Source: Octopus vulgaris (lineage: Eukaryota). From it: a stretch of DNA of 64,000 nucleotides. Made by a program: the position numbers and the translations under genes. The notes below the pieces were generated by a model. That model was not told where the DNA came from. It worked only from the letters and a program-made list of their open reading frames with translations, and did not search any database. The stretch lies in the NCBI GenBank assembly GCA_951406725.2, contig OX597816.1, positions 176,452,001 through 176,516,000 of the forward strand. Direction: 5' to 3'. How positions within the stretch are numbered: the first letter of the stretch is position 1; the number at the start of each line of letters is the position of its first letter. This document shows, in pieces, positions 1 through 12,850 of the stretch.

Positions 1-400
1 TATTAGCATTCATTGACCAAGAGAAGATCTTTGACAGAGTAGCATGCTCCGTAGTTACTAAGTGGTCACTAATAAAACTAGATGTAGATGAATGGCTTGT
101 AAGGGCAATACAAGCCATGTACAGAACTGCCATAAGCAAGGTGTGAGTTAGCAATGACTTCACAAAGTATTTCAGTAGATGTCCACCAGGGGGTCACATT
201 TCAGCCCCCTCCTGCATATTATAGCTCTCCATATCATAACAGAATTGTTTAAAATTGGTTAATAGTGAAAGTTCCTGTGTGCCAATGACCTTATTCTCTT
301 GGATGAATTTGCTGAAGAATTAAAGAAGAACCAAAGAACCAAAGCCAACAATCAAAAGCTTCAAAGTAAACTGAACAAAAACAAAACTTTTAGTTAGCAG
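1..400 (+). mobile_element. Degenerate RTE-clade LINE RT fragment (continues at ~1530-2175, split by a Penelope insertion)
   Basis: Frameshifted remnants read like AFIDxEKxFDRV and VHQGSxxSPLL. The 1900-2175 segment resembles the RTE 3' end seen at 6150-6390 and the ccaacccatgc tail near 7000. Confidence 0.55.
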
Positions 401-1282
401 GAAAGAAGACAGGATTCTGCCGTCACCAAGGAGATGGCTCCACTTGATATGCAGAAAGTGAGTATATAGGGAGTTTTCTCAATGTAATCTATGGGAGTAC
501 ATGAGGTAATGGGTCCTATATTTAAGACATCCATATACTGCAAGCTGACCTTCACTGGACGATACTTAATCTTCAATTCCCACCATCCACACAGTGTAAA
601 GAGAGGGATTGCTCAGGGCCCAAAACATCGAGCAAAGAATATAAGTAGCGATCGTAATACCCACCATGAAGAAATGATCAAGCTCAATAACAATCTATTA
701 AGCAACAACTACCCCCAAAAGTATACTATCCACTCCAATTATGAAGAAAAGAGAAGATGAAAACAATAAACTGTCTACCCTATGTGAAAGGCCTCTCCGA
801 AAAGATACAAAAGATAAGTGGCCCATATGACATCAGGACAGTATTCAAGAGTAATAAAACACTTTGCAAATATCTCCTTTGAGTAAAACCACCAATAGAA
901 GAGAATATGACCAAAGACTGCGTGTACTCCATCCCATGCAGCTGTGGTAGGTTATACAAAGGCGAAACATGCCACCCCCTAAAAAATAAGGGTAGAGGAA
1001 CATTGCAAATCTGTGACATGAGGAGATATTGATAAATTGGGTATAGCTGATCATGAATGGATAAATGGAGACCACCTCCCCCTGTGAGATGAAGTTAAAA
1101 TAATAGACAGAGAACACCAGTGGAAAATACAGAAACTGAAAGAAGCAGCACATATGCTAGGACACAACAACCTCCTAAGCAGACTGAGTGCAGATATGAG
1201 CAGCATATGGGAACTGGTATTAAGGAAGGATAGACAAATATTAGATTTATAAGCCCTAAAAATTCATTCCATAATTTCCCAT

Positions 1283-1352
1283 GGGCATATGGTGTAGTGT
1301 TAAGAGCACAGGCTACTAACCCCAAGATTCCGAGTTCGATTCCAGGCAGTGA
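1283..1352 (+). promoter_or_regulatory. tRNA-like Pol III promoter segment (A and B boxes) in the PLE 3' region
   Basis: A-box-like TGGTGTAGTGTT and B-box GTTCGATTCC at tRNA spacing, followed by (AAT)n. Confidence 0.55.
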
Positions 1353-1434
1353 CTTGAATAATAATAATAATGATAATAATAATAGCATTGAAAAGTACCT
1401 TAGGAATGAGAACCCAGGTTCGAAATTTATCCAA

Positions 1435-1481
1435 GACACCTGATGAGGGCTTGGAGGGTATATCAGCCAAAATGTTGTGTT
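1435..1481 (+). ncRNA. Minimal type-I hammerhead ribozyme, CpG-decayed
   Basis: GACAC-CTGATGA-GGGCTTG...CAGCC-AAAA-TG-TT-GTGTT. Stem I is GACAC/GTGTT. cGAAACG has become cAAAATG, consistent with two CpG deaminations. Confidence 0.7.
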
Positions 1482-2504
1482 AACAACAAACAAGATGAAG
1501 ACAAATATCTGTCAAATGTAAATGGTGTAAGATATAATGGATCATAAGCAGGCTGAAAGGGAACAAAGGTTTTGCATGCAACAGATGGGCAGGAATGGTT
1601 AGCAGTAAAAGCACTCATTAAATAAGATATTTTAAATGTGTAGGAGCTTCTGAAAAGTAGATAATAATTTTCTTTACCTCAGCAGTTTAATGTATTCTGG
1701 AAGCATAATAGCCAGAGTAAGAATGATGAGGCAAAATTGCTATTATTTCTACTGATAATAAGGAGGTTCTCATATGATGCATGATGGTGAAACATAGGCA
1801 TCAAATGTGGAAGATGTACAAAATAATGAAGCAAGCATGTTCCACTGGATGTATATATAACATATACACATCCACTGGACACACAATATTAGTCAGCATG
1901 AATGATGATAGACAAATGAGCATTCAAGAGATAACACTGTGCTTGTGAAAACATTTGATGAAGAAAGTTGTTGAATAACAAATGTCAAGCATCTACTGAA
2001 GATGAAAGTTACAAAAGACATAAGGAGGTAGGAGAAAGTGGTGAAAGCTGATCACAAGAGGTTGAACTCCTCAAAAGAAATGATAAGGACTGCAACAGAT
2101 GGCAAGATACTGTGCAAGTGAAGACCCGTTCAACTCATGCACGTATAAAAAAGGTAGATATAAAAATGATTACGATGATGATACACCCACATACATTATA
2201 CATATCACACACATTCACATACATATGCTCATGCGCACACACACACACAAAACCATATATCTACAGAAATAAATATCCACAAACAAACTTAAACACACAT
2301 ACAGTAAACAAATGAGCAATTCAACACTTTCAACCAGAATCATACAATAAAAAAAAAAAAATTAAAACAATTCATGTCAAATATATCTGTCAGGAATGGC
2401 ATTAGATATAGAAGAAAATATCTAAATTACTTGTAATTGGTGCTGTGTTAATTAGGCTTTGTTTTTTTTTTTTGCTAAATCGACAATAAGTAAATATATA
2501 TTTT

Positions 2505-4276
2505 CTAGCCTAGATAAGACCCATCCATTAAATTAGGCCCCCCATTGATAATCTGGTCTATTACTGAATCATATGAAGTGCTAGATCCATCATCAAGGCT
2601 GACACATCGAGGCAATGGCTCTAGAGTAGGAAGTTGTCGACAGAGAGATCTAATATCTTCACTTGCTCGATGGTAAACAAAACCTCCACTATTTGTGTTA
2701 CCAGAACCCATTCCTGATGATCCCCTTTTATGATTTGGACGGTATATAACGTTTGTGTTTTTATTATTATAGAGACACGGAATCAACTCTGCAGGGTCCT
2801 GATGTGGGCTGTAGAATACATGTCGAAAGTTAGCAGGAATTTTTATGGACAATAAATCTAATTCGAGTTCTCCTTCATTGCTGGAGGAGTCCCCTTCAGG
2901 TGGGGGTGATCCAGAATGAGGTTTGCTTTCAGGATCCCATTCTTTGTGTACTTCAGCTTCTAACACAGTAAGAGATTTAGCTGTTCGACTGACAACAGGG
3001 AGAGATCGGCTTTTGCCTCGCTGAACTTCAAAACCCTCCTCAGATTCAGTCTGAGGACTTTGATGTTGTTGTTGCTGCTGTGGTTGTTGCTTTTTCTTTT
3101 TCTTCTTCTGTTGTTGCTGTTGTTGTTGTGGCTGCTGCGGCTGCTGCTGTTGTTTTGGTTGCTGTTGTTGTTGTTGTTTCTGTTGTTGTTGTTGTTGTTG
3201 ATACTGTTCTGATTGTTGTTGGGGTTGTTGTTGTTGTTGTTGTTTTTGTTGTTGTGTTGGAGGGTACAATGATGAAACAAGAGGTTCTGCAAAGAACATG
3301 TTGGAGTCTTGTAGTTTTTTAGTTTGTGATATATTTTCATAACTATGGGAATTGTGGGTTGAAAGAGAAAATGGGGTGAGCGTTGTGTGACTGTTTAATG
3401 AAGAGGGAAGTGAGTTCAAGCGACTGTGAAAGAAACTTGAAACAGGGGCATTGTCTCTTGAGAAAATTCCAAATATGTCTCTTTGGGAGGTAAGATAGTA
3501 AGAAAATGATGCATGCCTGCCAGTTTGTTTAGCAGTAGGAGCTTTCTCAATCTTGGTTTCCGGTAGCAATAAGGGTTCACCTGAACTGTGTCGATTATGT
3601 TTTGATTTAAATTTACAACCAACTGGCCGAGGAACCTGTTCAAGATGGTCTTCAACCCAACATGGATTGTCTTTAAAATATTGCTTAGCCTGTTCAATGG
3701 CTACTTTTAATCGTTGACCTACTTCAGATTTATCATAGTTTTTTGTAGTAATTCCGGAAAATGGTGAAAATTTGGAACATTCCAAACTCAATCCATGAAG
3801 TTGACATACAAGATTCGACACATCTCGCATCATCATAAATTTCTGAGCTAGGTCAAGCTGTGCAGGTATATCTCCTTCAACGGAGTAATCCATGTACAGC
3901 ACAATAAATTTCGACAAAGACATACCTTTACAACGTTCAATACGCATTTTTTCTGCAACATAATCGACTGCAAGAGCAAAATAATCCGGGATGGTTCGAT
4001 GAGGGTGCAATTTAAACTGCATATTTTTTTTACATCTGAGTCGTGAACCAACAGAACAAAGAACAATAATATATTCAGCTTCCTGCATATTGTCAAGAAG
4101 CCAGTCATTAAGACCTTTCTCCTGAATCAGATGTTCTTCAAATAAATCAATGTGCACATTACAGTTGCAGATCTGCATCAAAAAAGCAGCCATAGCTTGG
4201 ACAACGTATTCATGAGCACAACAATCAGAAGAATAGAGTAAGAGAACATTTGGAAAATGCTGTTTCATGTCAAAAT
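2505..4276 (-). CDS. IL-17 receptor-like gene, last coding exon: SEFIR domain plus long polyQ-containing tail
   Basis: ORF with SEFIR hallmarks (VLLLYSSDCCAH..VVQAMAAFL..CNVHIDLFE..GLNDWL..AEYIIVLCS..FIVLYMDY..DIP..KFMMMRD). Acceptor ttttcag|AT at 4276 (phase 1); TAG stop at 2507-2505. Confidence 0.92.
3060..3256 (-). repeat. Coding (CAA/CAG)n trinucleotide repeat giving polyQ with a short polyK run
   Basis: (TGT)n/(TGC)n on the + strand, in frame inside the last exon. Confidence 0.9.
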
Positions 4277-5689
4277 CTGAAAAGAAAAATACAAAAACAA
4301 TCAATAGTCTTAAGAATTTGATTAATCCAAGAAATTATTCATTGCTTATTTTGTCATCTAATTCTGAGAATTTATAAAGAAATCAATGTGTGTGGAGGTG
4401 TCTTTGTCCCCCACCTCTGCTTTATAACCACTGTTGGTTTGTTTACGTTCCCATAACACATGTTAGGACATATTGGTTCCACTGACCTTTTCTGGAAGAT
4501 GCATTACTTAACATAGATTTGGCTTCCATCTAATAATTTAAGTCTCCCCCATCTAATAAAAACATGTACCATAAATGTTTTCCAAGTTCCAAGAGGAATT
4601 TAAGGGCCAGTGCTTATATCCAGTTTTGTTTTATAAAATTAATGATTGAAAGATCTCACCAGTGTTTTCTAGCACCAATCTATTCCAACATTTCCTCATG
4701 ATCTGGTAACTATTCCCAATAGATAAATGAACTAAGGCACTGTAGATTTAAGTGTATTGCCAAAATATAGTGAAACATTTGCAGATGATTTGAACTCAAA
4801 ACCACTGAGCTAGTATTCTACTACTTTTATTCTTAGAATTACATCAGAGTAACTTTGTTTATTTATCATGATAACACTTATTTCATTTAATGTTTTTAAA
4901 TCTTTAAAATGAAATAGATTAATGGAAAAGCTTGTATACATAATAGCAATATGTACGCAAAATTATAATATATGAAGACAACTAGAGAAGAACAGAACTG
5001 TTTATTTATAATCAATAATAATTTAATATTTTATTTTAATTATTTGTTTCAGTTAATGAACTTAGTGATCATATATGTAAACTAATGTAGATGGTATCAA
5101 TGTTTATTACTGAGTAATATTGCAGTTGACCTAATAACCAACTTAGAAACTATTCAAATATAATACATATCATCATCATCATCATCATCAACAAAATTTA
5201 ACACCTGTTTTCCATGTGGTCAAGGGTTGGATAGCTTGATAGGAATTAACAAAGCCAGGGGCCACACCAGATTCCATAATCTGTTTTGGCTTGGTCTCTA
5301 TAGTTGGATGTCCTTCCTAACACCAACCACTTTACAGAGTGTACTGAGTGCTTTTTACATGACATTGTGACCAGTACTTTTTACATAGCACCAGCACCCA
5401 CACAAATCCTTTTTACGTGGGGTACGTTTGTGTGTGTGTGATTTTTACCTTAGTTTCTCTTTCTTTTGTGATCATTATAATGATTTTGTTGATCATACAA
5501 ACATTTAAAGATGGTCATAATGATTGAGTCAACCCTATGTTTTACTGTCATTAACATGATCAACTATAGTAGGGCAGTAACAATGTTAAACACAGTAAAG
5601 CATTGAGCCCTTCTCTCTATCATTCCTGCCACCTCATTGTTCTATTGGGCAATCATTATGTGAAACAAAGAATCGGACACATAAGAGGT

Positions 5690-7060
5690 GCAATAATATC
5701 AAAGGAAGGCTAACTGGGAAGATAGTTTTTGTATGTGGCAGATGCTCGGGAGCGATAAACACTGAAAATGTGCAGAGACCAACTTCCGCCACATTCCTGG
5801 GAGAAGAACTAGAAGTAGTTGATAGCTTCCGTTACCTAGGTGACCAAGTCAGTAGTGGAGGAGAGTGCAGTGAAAGCGTAACTGCTTGAATAAGAACAGC
5901 TTGGGCAAAGTTCAGAGAGCTCTTACCTCTGCTGGTGACAAAGGACCTCTCACTCAGAGTAAAAGGTAGACTGTATGATGCATGTGTACAAACAGCCATG
6001 CTACATGGCAGTGAAACATGGGCTGTGACTGCTGAGGACAGGCGTAAGCTCACAAGGAATGAAGCCAGTATGATCCAATGGTCATGTGCATACTTGGCAG
6101 AGTGTAAGTACCTTGAGAGAAAAGGTTGGACCTAAGAAGCATCAGATGTGGTGTGCAAGAGAGACGACTGTGCTGGTATGGTCATGTGGCGAGAATGGAT
6201 GAGGATAGGTGTGTGAAAAAGTGCCACACCCTAGTGGTTGAGGGAACCTGTGGGAAAGGTAGACCCAGGAAAACCTGGGATGAAGTGGTGAAGCACGACC
6301 TTCAAACATTAGGCCTCACCAAGGAAATGACTAGTGATCGAGACTTTTGGAAATATGCTGTGCGTGAGAAGACCTGGCATGACAAATGAGACCATAATCT
6401 CATGGCCTATTCCAGGAGTGTAACCAGCCCGCTTATGCGTACCTTTTCCTTCTTTGGTCACTAAACTCTTGTTTGCGAAGACCTGTTGAGGCAAGTGAAA
6501 TCAAAACCAAAATCAATTCGATGACTGGCATCCGTTCTAGCGGGGTGCAAAGAGCACCATGCAAGTGTGATCATTGACAGAGTGGCTAACCGGCTTCCAT
6601 GCCAGTGGCACATAAAAGGGCACCATTCGAGTATGATCGTTACTAGCGCCGCCTTACTGGCACTTGTGCATGTGCTAGTAGGATGCTAATCTGAGCGTGA
6701 TCGTTGCCAGAGCAGCCAACTGGCTTCTGTGCCCGTGGCACGTAAAAAGGCACCATTCGAGCGTGATCATTACCAACGTCGCTTCACTGGCACCTGAGCC
6801 AGTGGCACAAGTAAAAAGATTCGAGCGAGGTCGTTGCCAGTACTGCCTGATTGGCGCCCGTGCTGGTGGCACGTAAAAAGCACCTACTACACTCTCCGAG
6901 TGGTTGGCATTAAGAAAGGCATCCAGCTGTAGAAACTCTGCCAGATCAAGATTGGAGCCTGGTGCAGCCATCTGGTTCACGAGCCCTCAGTCAAAATCGT
7001 CCAACCCATGCTAGCATGGAAAGCGGACGTTAAACGATGATGATGATGATGATGATGATG
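5690..7060 (+). mobile_element. RTE-clade LINE 3' portion with tandemly repetitive 3' UTR and (GAT)n tail
   Basis: [55 protein letters not shown]. ~60-bp imperfect repeats at 6590-6890. Ends gatgatgat. Confidence 0.88.
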
Positions 7061-7482
7061 AATTAAATCAGAGAAAATGGAAAACACCTTGCCTGCATTC
7101 AAACTTGAAAGTACCAACAAAAGTTTCAAAAATCTTGTATGAAAAAAAAACATTCAAACCTTAAGACCAAATTTATAATTTAATATTAGTTGCATATATT
7201 CGAATTTGAAAAGTTAAGTTTCATGAGATATGTCCACACAAGTTCTTGTGAACATGTAACCTACCCATGGTTCTAAAAAAGTTCCTCACCACTGTTCTAG
7301 ATATCCCCTTCACCAGTTAGAAACCCCAGTTAAATTTACTTCAAACCACACATAATGTAGTTCTGTCTGAAATAAGATAGGATGGTCATAGCTAGAAAGT
7401 CTACTTGATCAAAGTAGAACTTGTTGCTTATTCATAGGGATGATCTGGGGCTACACAACAAATAAAAATGAAAAAAAACATC

Positions 7483-7710
7483 TAACCCTTTAGCATTTAA
7501 ACCAGCCATATCCAGCCCAAATATTCTCCGTCTGTTTTACGTTCAAACCGACCAGATCCAGCCTCTCACACCTACCCTACAATACCATTCTCAAAATATA
7601 CAATCACATTATGAAAACCTTGAAGCTACAAGATAAAGTACAATGAATTCAAAACAATGTGAATGTAAGGCATTGCATTCAACAGAATAATCTGAATGCT
7701 AAAGGATTAA
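7483..7710. mobile_element. ~230-bp piggyBac-type MITE, family A (other copies 10798-11020, 18938-19405, 35700-35927, 40470-40680 reversed, 53970-54186, 61964-62190)
   Basis: Termini TTAACCCTTTAGCATT...AATGCTAAAGGGTTAA (TTAA target, CCCT ends). The internal sequence is shared by seven copies. Confidence 0.8.
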
Positions 7711-7730
7711 AAGGACTGAATTAATCTTAC

Positions 7731-7775
7731 CTTCAATAATTACATCAGACAGCTGTGGATGTTCAATGTGTGACC
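7731..7775 (-). CDS. IL-17R-like exon (juxtamembrane, 45 nt): GSHIEHPQLSDVIIE
   Basis: ttcaag|GG...GAAG|gtaaga, phase 1-1. Joins the TM exon to the SEFIR exon in frame. The acceptor is AAG rather than YAG. Confidence 0.75.
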
Positions 7776-8714
7776 CTTGAAGTAGAAATTAATTAACATT
7801 AAAGAAATAATTCTCAGAAGAAAAGTAAGAGAGAAATAGTAAGCTAGAATAGAAGACAGAGAGAGAAGACATACCTAAAGTTTTTGTTAAAAAGAATATA
7901 TAATTCATATTGTATTTTAAAACAAAAGGCTTCCAGAAATGACTTCTAGCTAGAAGGTCTATAGCAGTCATACAACTTGTGGGACTTTTTGAATGGCACA
8001 CCTAACGAAAATTACCTTGGATTGTTTTAGTAGTACAGCCCACCTGATAATGAGCCATGTCTCATGTAGACCACATCTCATAAAAGGTTGTCCATGCTTA
8101 CTCTGTAGTGAACACTTACTGAAATGTAATCATCTGAGCTGGTACAAACTGTGTAAATTCAATAGTGACTCAACAGCAGAGTTCAAGACTTTGAACTTTG
8201 AAAGTCCAAGCTCAAGTCTAGTTCAGCTGTTATATATATATTTTAAGTGGGTGTCAGAAGTGGAAATGTAAGCAACCTCAGTGTTGTCATTCCACAAATC
8301 AATTTTAACATTTTCTTTCATTCGTGTCATGGAGTGAATGGGTCAGCAGTGCAGCAGTTTTTCAAATATCTTATTTCTGTCATCTCTGTCCTAACTTCAC
8401 CAGAGTAATTTAAGCCCTGTCTTCTAATTGTTCTGTTCACCTTTGCCATACCTCACCAGGTGTAGAAATCAAAACAGTATAACATAGACAGCCAAGAACA
8501 TGCTTACAACAAATAAAAACCACCAACTTAACTACATTTGACTTTTGACGTGGGTATGCAACCACAAATTTGTGTGAAAGAGTATAATTTGATGATTTTG
8601 ACTTAGTACTTTCACTGGTAATGTTTTTAATAACACCCATGAGAATGGAAAATGAAGTGGACACTAACAAGATTCCAACTCAAAAAATATTATAACACAA
8701 AGTAATTTTGTATT

Positions 8715-9712
8715 ACTTGAACTCAGCAATGCAATCTAACAATAAAAAAGCAATTTTAAATTTATAACAACTTGTTGAAGTAAACTGTACATATTGTAAG
8801 TATGTATGGTACCCAGGGCTGTGTCAACAGCATTATAGGCCCCCAGGCAAATCAATACACTAGGTCCTATAGTATTTATTTATTGATTCTACTGTCCACT
8901 GACAATCATCAAATGAAGAACTTACAGTCAGCCAAGTCAACAAAGGTCTGAACTACAGAGAAAGACACTAATGGTTCATACTTCACCATTTAATGCTGTA
9001 ATGCATCTATACTCATACTGGCTTAGTTCATCCAACTAAATTAACAGGTACCAACACTGCTGCTTTAAGGCTCTGGGTAGTTGCCAAGGATCCCTACAGG
9101 TCTAGGGCCCAAATCTCATTTATGTACACAGTGGCTTATTATCAATAAATAAATACTATAGGGCCTAGTGTACTGACTTGCCTGGGGGCCTATGGATGGA
9201 AGCACTCCGTCGGTTACGACGACGAGGGTTCCGGTTGATCCGATCAACGGAACAGCCTGCTCGTGAAATTAACGTGTAAGTGGCTGAGCACTCCACAGAC
9301 ACGTGTACCCTTAACGTAGTTCTCGTGGATATTCAGCGTGACACAGAGAGTGACAAGGCTGGCCCCTTGAAATACAGGTACAACAGAAACAGGAAGTAAG
9401 AGTGAGAGAAAGTTGTGGTGAAAGAGTACAGCAGGGGTCACCACCATCCCCTGCCGGAGCCTCGTGGAACTTTTTAGGTGTTTTCGCTCAATAAACACTC
9501 ACAATGCCCGGTCTGGGAATCGAAACCGCGATCCTATGACCGCGAGTCTGCTGCCCTAACCACTGGGCCATTGCGCCTCCACTGGGGCCTATAATGCTGT
9601 TGACACAGCCCTGGGTACCATACATACTTACAATATGTACAGTTTACCTCAACAAGTTGTTATAAATTTAAAACGGCTTTTTTATTGTTAGATTGCATTG
9701 CTGAGTTCAAGT
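8715..9712. mobile_element. Foldback/MITE-like element with ~170-bp terminal inverted repeats; right arm interrupted by a SINE
   Basis: 8715-8887 is the near-perfect reverse complement of 9141-9193 plus 9584-9712. Confidence 0.8.
9194..9583 (-). mobile_element. tRNA-derived SINE, family B (second copy 53052-53437)
   Basis: Minus-strand head GGCGCAATGGCCCAGTGGTTAGGGC...GTTTCGATTCCC. TSD GGGGCCTAT at 9185-9193 and 9584-9592. Confidence 0.88.
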
Positions 9713-10164
9713 TCTTGATTGGGTCTGCAAAGTAGGAAACCACTTTATTTTATATTCTATTGAAAAGATCATGAAATTAACACAATTACCAGAGAACTGA
9801 TTTCATAACAAATTCAATGATATAAACAATAACAAAAACAGGAAATGCGAATCTCTTACAGTTCGAAATTCCCCAAATTACCAGATATATTTTTTCACAG
9901 TTAACCATATTCTATACCTATCATATAACTACACAGATAATCCAAAATCTTTGATTATTGAATTATCTAATTCTTCTCTAATATTACAACCATTTACATT
10001 AATGCTTTCATCTTAAAATTTTCATCAGGTATTTATTATAACATTACTATTTGTTCACTTATTCTAAAATACTTATTCTAGAGCTATAGAGTGCAACATA
10101 CTCAAATAGATATAACAGAACCTGCTTCTTTTCCCACATAGGTAAGATATTTTGTTGTCTAAGT

Positions 10165-10416
10165 CAGTGGTTCTCAACCATTTTTATCTATGAATCTCTT
10201 TGATTCTTATTTTACTCCTGGACCCTCATAGCCATTCAGTGTTTAAAAAATCTGTTGTATTTTAATTATTAAATATTATTAGGAATTGTATTTAAAAAAA
10301 TGCTAAAATATTTTGTGTATTGTAGAAGTATAAGCAATTTATTGTACATAAATTTTAACAACAAAATCTTATATGGACCCCACAAGGGCCTTATGAACCC
10401 TGCTTAGGAACCCCTG
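10165..10416. mobile_element. hAT (Charlie-like) MITE
   Basis: Termini CAGTGGTTCTCAA...TTAGGAACCCCTG. Imperfect 8-bp TSD GTCTAAGT/ATCTAAAT fits the NTCTARAN target. Confidence 0.6.
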
Positions 10417-11091
10417 ATCTAAATAAATGTTTAACAATGAGATTTGCTACACAGAATGAACTAAACAACTGATCGGATAGTTAGGAGTTCAAGCTATCAT
10501 CATTTAGCACTGAGCAATATAACACACTGACTAAATCATCCCAACAGATTTCATGACTACTTAACTTTTAATTGGTAACAGAAAACATATCATACAGTGA
10601 AACACAGAGTCTTAACAGCAGGTAATTGTCCAAAAAATACTTCACTTTCAAATGTTAGTATGAGTAAAGTGAGTAAGACAGTCAAAATAAAAATTGCACC
10701 AGATCTTTAAAGAGAAAACTATTTAATCAAATTTAGCCATAAGTAAAATTTTTCTGGCCAGAACTAAACTGTATATATATTTCAAAGAAAATGTGTATAA
10801 CCCTTAGCAGTTAAATGACCCTATCTGGCCCCAATATTCTACCTGTTTTATGTTCAAACAGGCTAGATCTGGCCTCACATCTATCGTACAATGTCATTAT
10901 AAAAATAAATAATCACATCAATAAAATCTCAAGGCCACAAGATAATCCAGGATTAATTGAAAACAATGTGAATAAATAAGCCTTACATTTGCCAAATTAA
11001 TCTGAATGCTAACGGGTTAAACGTTACTGAAAACAGACATTAAACAAAATAATCTTGTTTAATATTTAAAAACTAAGCTAAAAGTACTTAC

Positions 11092-11238
11092 CTGAAGTGT
11101 AGTTTCTCTTACGGTACATACAAAATACAACAATAATGATTGTAACACTGCCAACAACTCCAAACACAGTGCCAAGCATAATCTTCAATGATCTTTCGTA
11201 CTCTCCACTTTGGTCTGAAGGTTGAATTACTACATCAC
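11092..11238 (-). CDS. IL-17R-like transmembrane exon (147 nt)
   Basis: tttag|GT...TCAG|gtaagt. Translates DVVIQPSDQSGEYERSLK-IMLGTVFGVVGSVTIIIVVFCMY-RKRNYTS: hydrophobic helix plus basic stop-transfer. Phase 1-1. Confidence 0.9.
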
Positions 11239-11639
11239 CTAAAGTATAATTGTATTTTTTTTATTTACATCATGACATAACAAAGAACAAAAACAAATAT
11301 TAATTACAATTCATAACAAATAAACCAAGAATTGTCAGCATTTATCTGACCTCTTATGGCCAGCAAATAATATATATTAAATCCTTTTCTAAATCCCATG
11401 GCTCCATTGAACCAGTGCCAATCTTCAGTTTTTGCTATCTTGAGGTAAATGTGAAATACATATTTCCTTGGATAAAACACAGGTCTAACAACTAATTTTG
11501 CCAATAGAAGAAATAAGTTGGTTATAAAAAGGATAAGGCATGACTGTGTGGAAAGATGGTTGCATCCTAACCATGTGGTTCAAGGTTCAGTCACACTGCT
11601 TGGCACCTTGGATAAGTGTCTTCTAATATAACCTCGGGC

Positions 11640-12360
11640 CAATATTCTTCGTGCCATCCAGTAACAACTTTAGCTGTGTTAATTGGTGCATTATCATCCT
11701 GAAAGATTGCATTTCCCTCCGGAAACAGTTCCGTAACCATAGGATGAATTTGATAAGATGAAATGTTTAAATAGTCTTGACTATTAATTCTGCCATGAAG
11801 GGAAACCATTGGGCTGGCAGATTTCCAAGATAAAGCCCCACCCCCAGATCATCACAGAACCTTCCCCATGTTTAGCAGTTGGAAGAAGGCAGTCTGGGTC
11901 AAATGCTTCTTTTGGCTGTCTCCACACATATACTCGGCCAGTGGTTGGTAAAGAATGACTTGTCCGAGAAAATAACATTCTTCCACTGCTCTAGGGACCA
12001 ATTCCGTAGGTTTTTACTCCACTCTAAACACTTTGCAATGTTTATTTTTGAAAGTTGTGGTTTTCTGATTTTGCAGCCCTCCCATGAAATCTGGCTTTGT
12101 GCAGCTCCTGGTGAACAGTTTTTGTAGAAACTGAGTTCTCAAGGTGGTTATTAAGCTCTTTCATAATTTTGGGAGCTGTACTTTTGTGATCCTTTCTAAC
12201 AATTCACATACGAGCCTGACGGTCCCTATCTGAAAGTTTTGGTTTTCTTCTGGAGTTTTCTTTCGACAAGGAGGTTTTCCCCTCTTTCTCAAAGGCTGTC
12301 ATTATTTTCAAGACAGTACTTCTTGATACACCAAACATTTTGGCTGTTTTCATTATGCTG
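11640..12360 (-). mobile_element. Degenerate Tc1-type transposase fragment
   Basis: PTAKHGEGSVMIWG and IFQDDNAP motifs, with frameshifts. Confidence 0.8.
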
Positions 12361-12850
12361 ACGTCACCTAACTCTAGACCAATGAAACTTTACCTCCAAT
12401 TAAAACCGAACTACAGCAAATACAACAAAATGACCCTTTAAGAGAATCAACCAACTGAAATGACTGTTGACAGTTCCCCACAGGGAAGCCAACCAGACCA
12501 CTAGAAAAACAAGACGTCACCAGTACTTTAACAAATGAAAAATCAGATCCGCTTACGGAAAAAATTATAAATACACTGGATTCAAAAAAACACCATTACA
12601 AGAGAAAGTCCCTGCACATGACAGAAACTGAAAACACAACTTCTTTTTATTATTTTCATTTCTCCCTTGTTTTTCTCTCTCTTAACTCAGTATGACCAAA
12701 ACTTTGATGATCCACGTTTCTTATCGATCACTACTAACAGTATTGAATTTTGTGCATTTAAACAAGTTGATGTACAGTTTTTATATAATTGACAGTTATG
12801 AACATTTAAACTTGTCAACATGTTCTTCTAATTCGTAATTTAAAATTTTT

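Larger units (their letters stand above)
490..1530 (+). mobile_element. 5'-truncated Penelope-like element (Poseidon-type): RT thumb, GIY-YIG endonuclease and 3' pLTR region
   Basis: KTSIYCKLTFTGRYLIFNSHHPHSVKRGIAQG matches the PLE RT thumb. CVYSIPCSCGRLYKGET (~918-970) is a GIY-YIG motif. A decayed hammerhead lies at the 3' end. Confidence 0.8.

Noticed and set aside
2960-3340. PolyN and polyV ORFs overlapping the last exon
   Set aside because: Alternative frames or antisense of the polyQ codon repeat.
4277-4304. N-terminus MIVFVFFFS of the 599-aa ORF as a true start
   Set aside because: It is the intronic polypyrimidine tract and acceptor; the exon begins at 4276.
6590-6890. Repeat-spacer-like array (also 58120-58350) as CRISPR
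   Set aside because: Imperfect tandem repeats in RTE LINE 3' UTRs in an animal genome; no cas genes.
9500-9583. tRNA gene calls at SINE heads (also 1283, 14510, 20885)
   Set aside because: A/B boxes are present but there is no intact cloverleaf, and they continue into repeat bodies.
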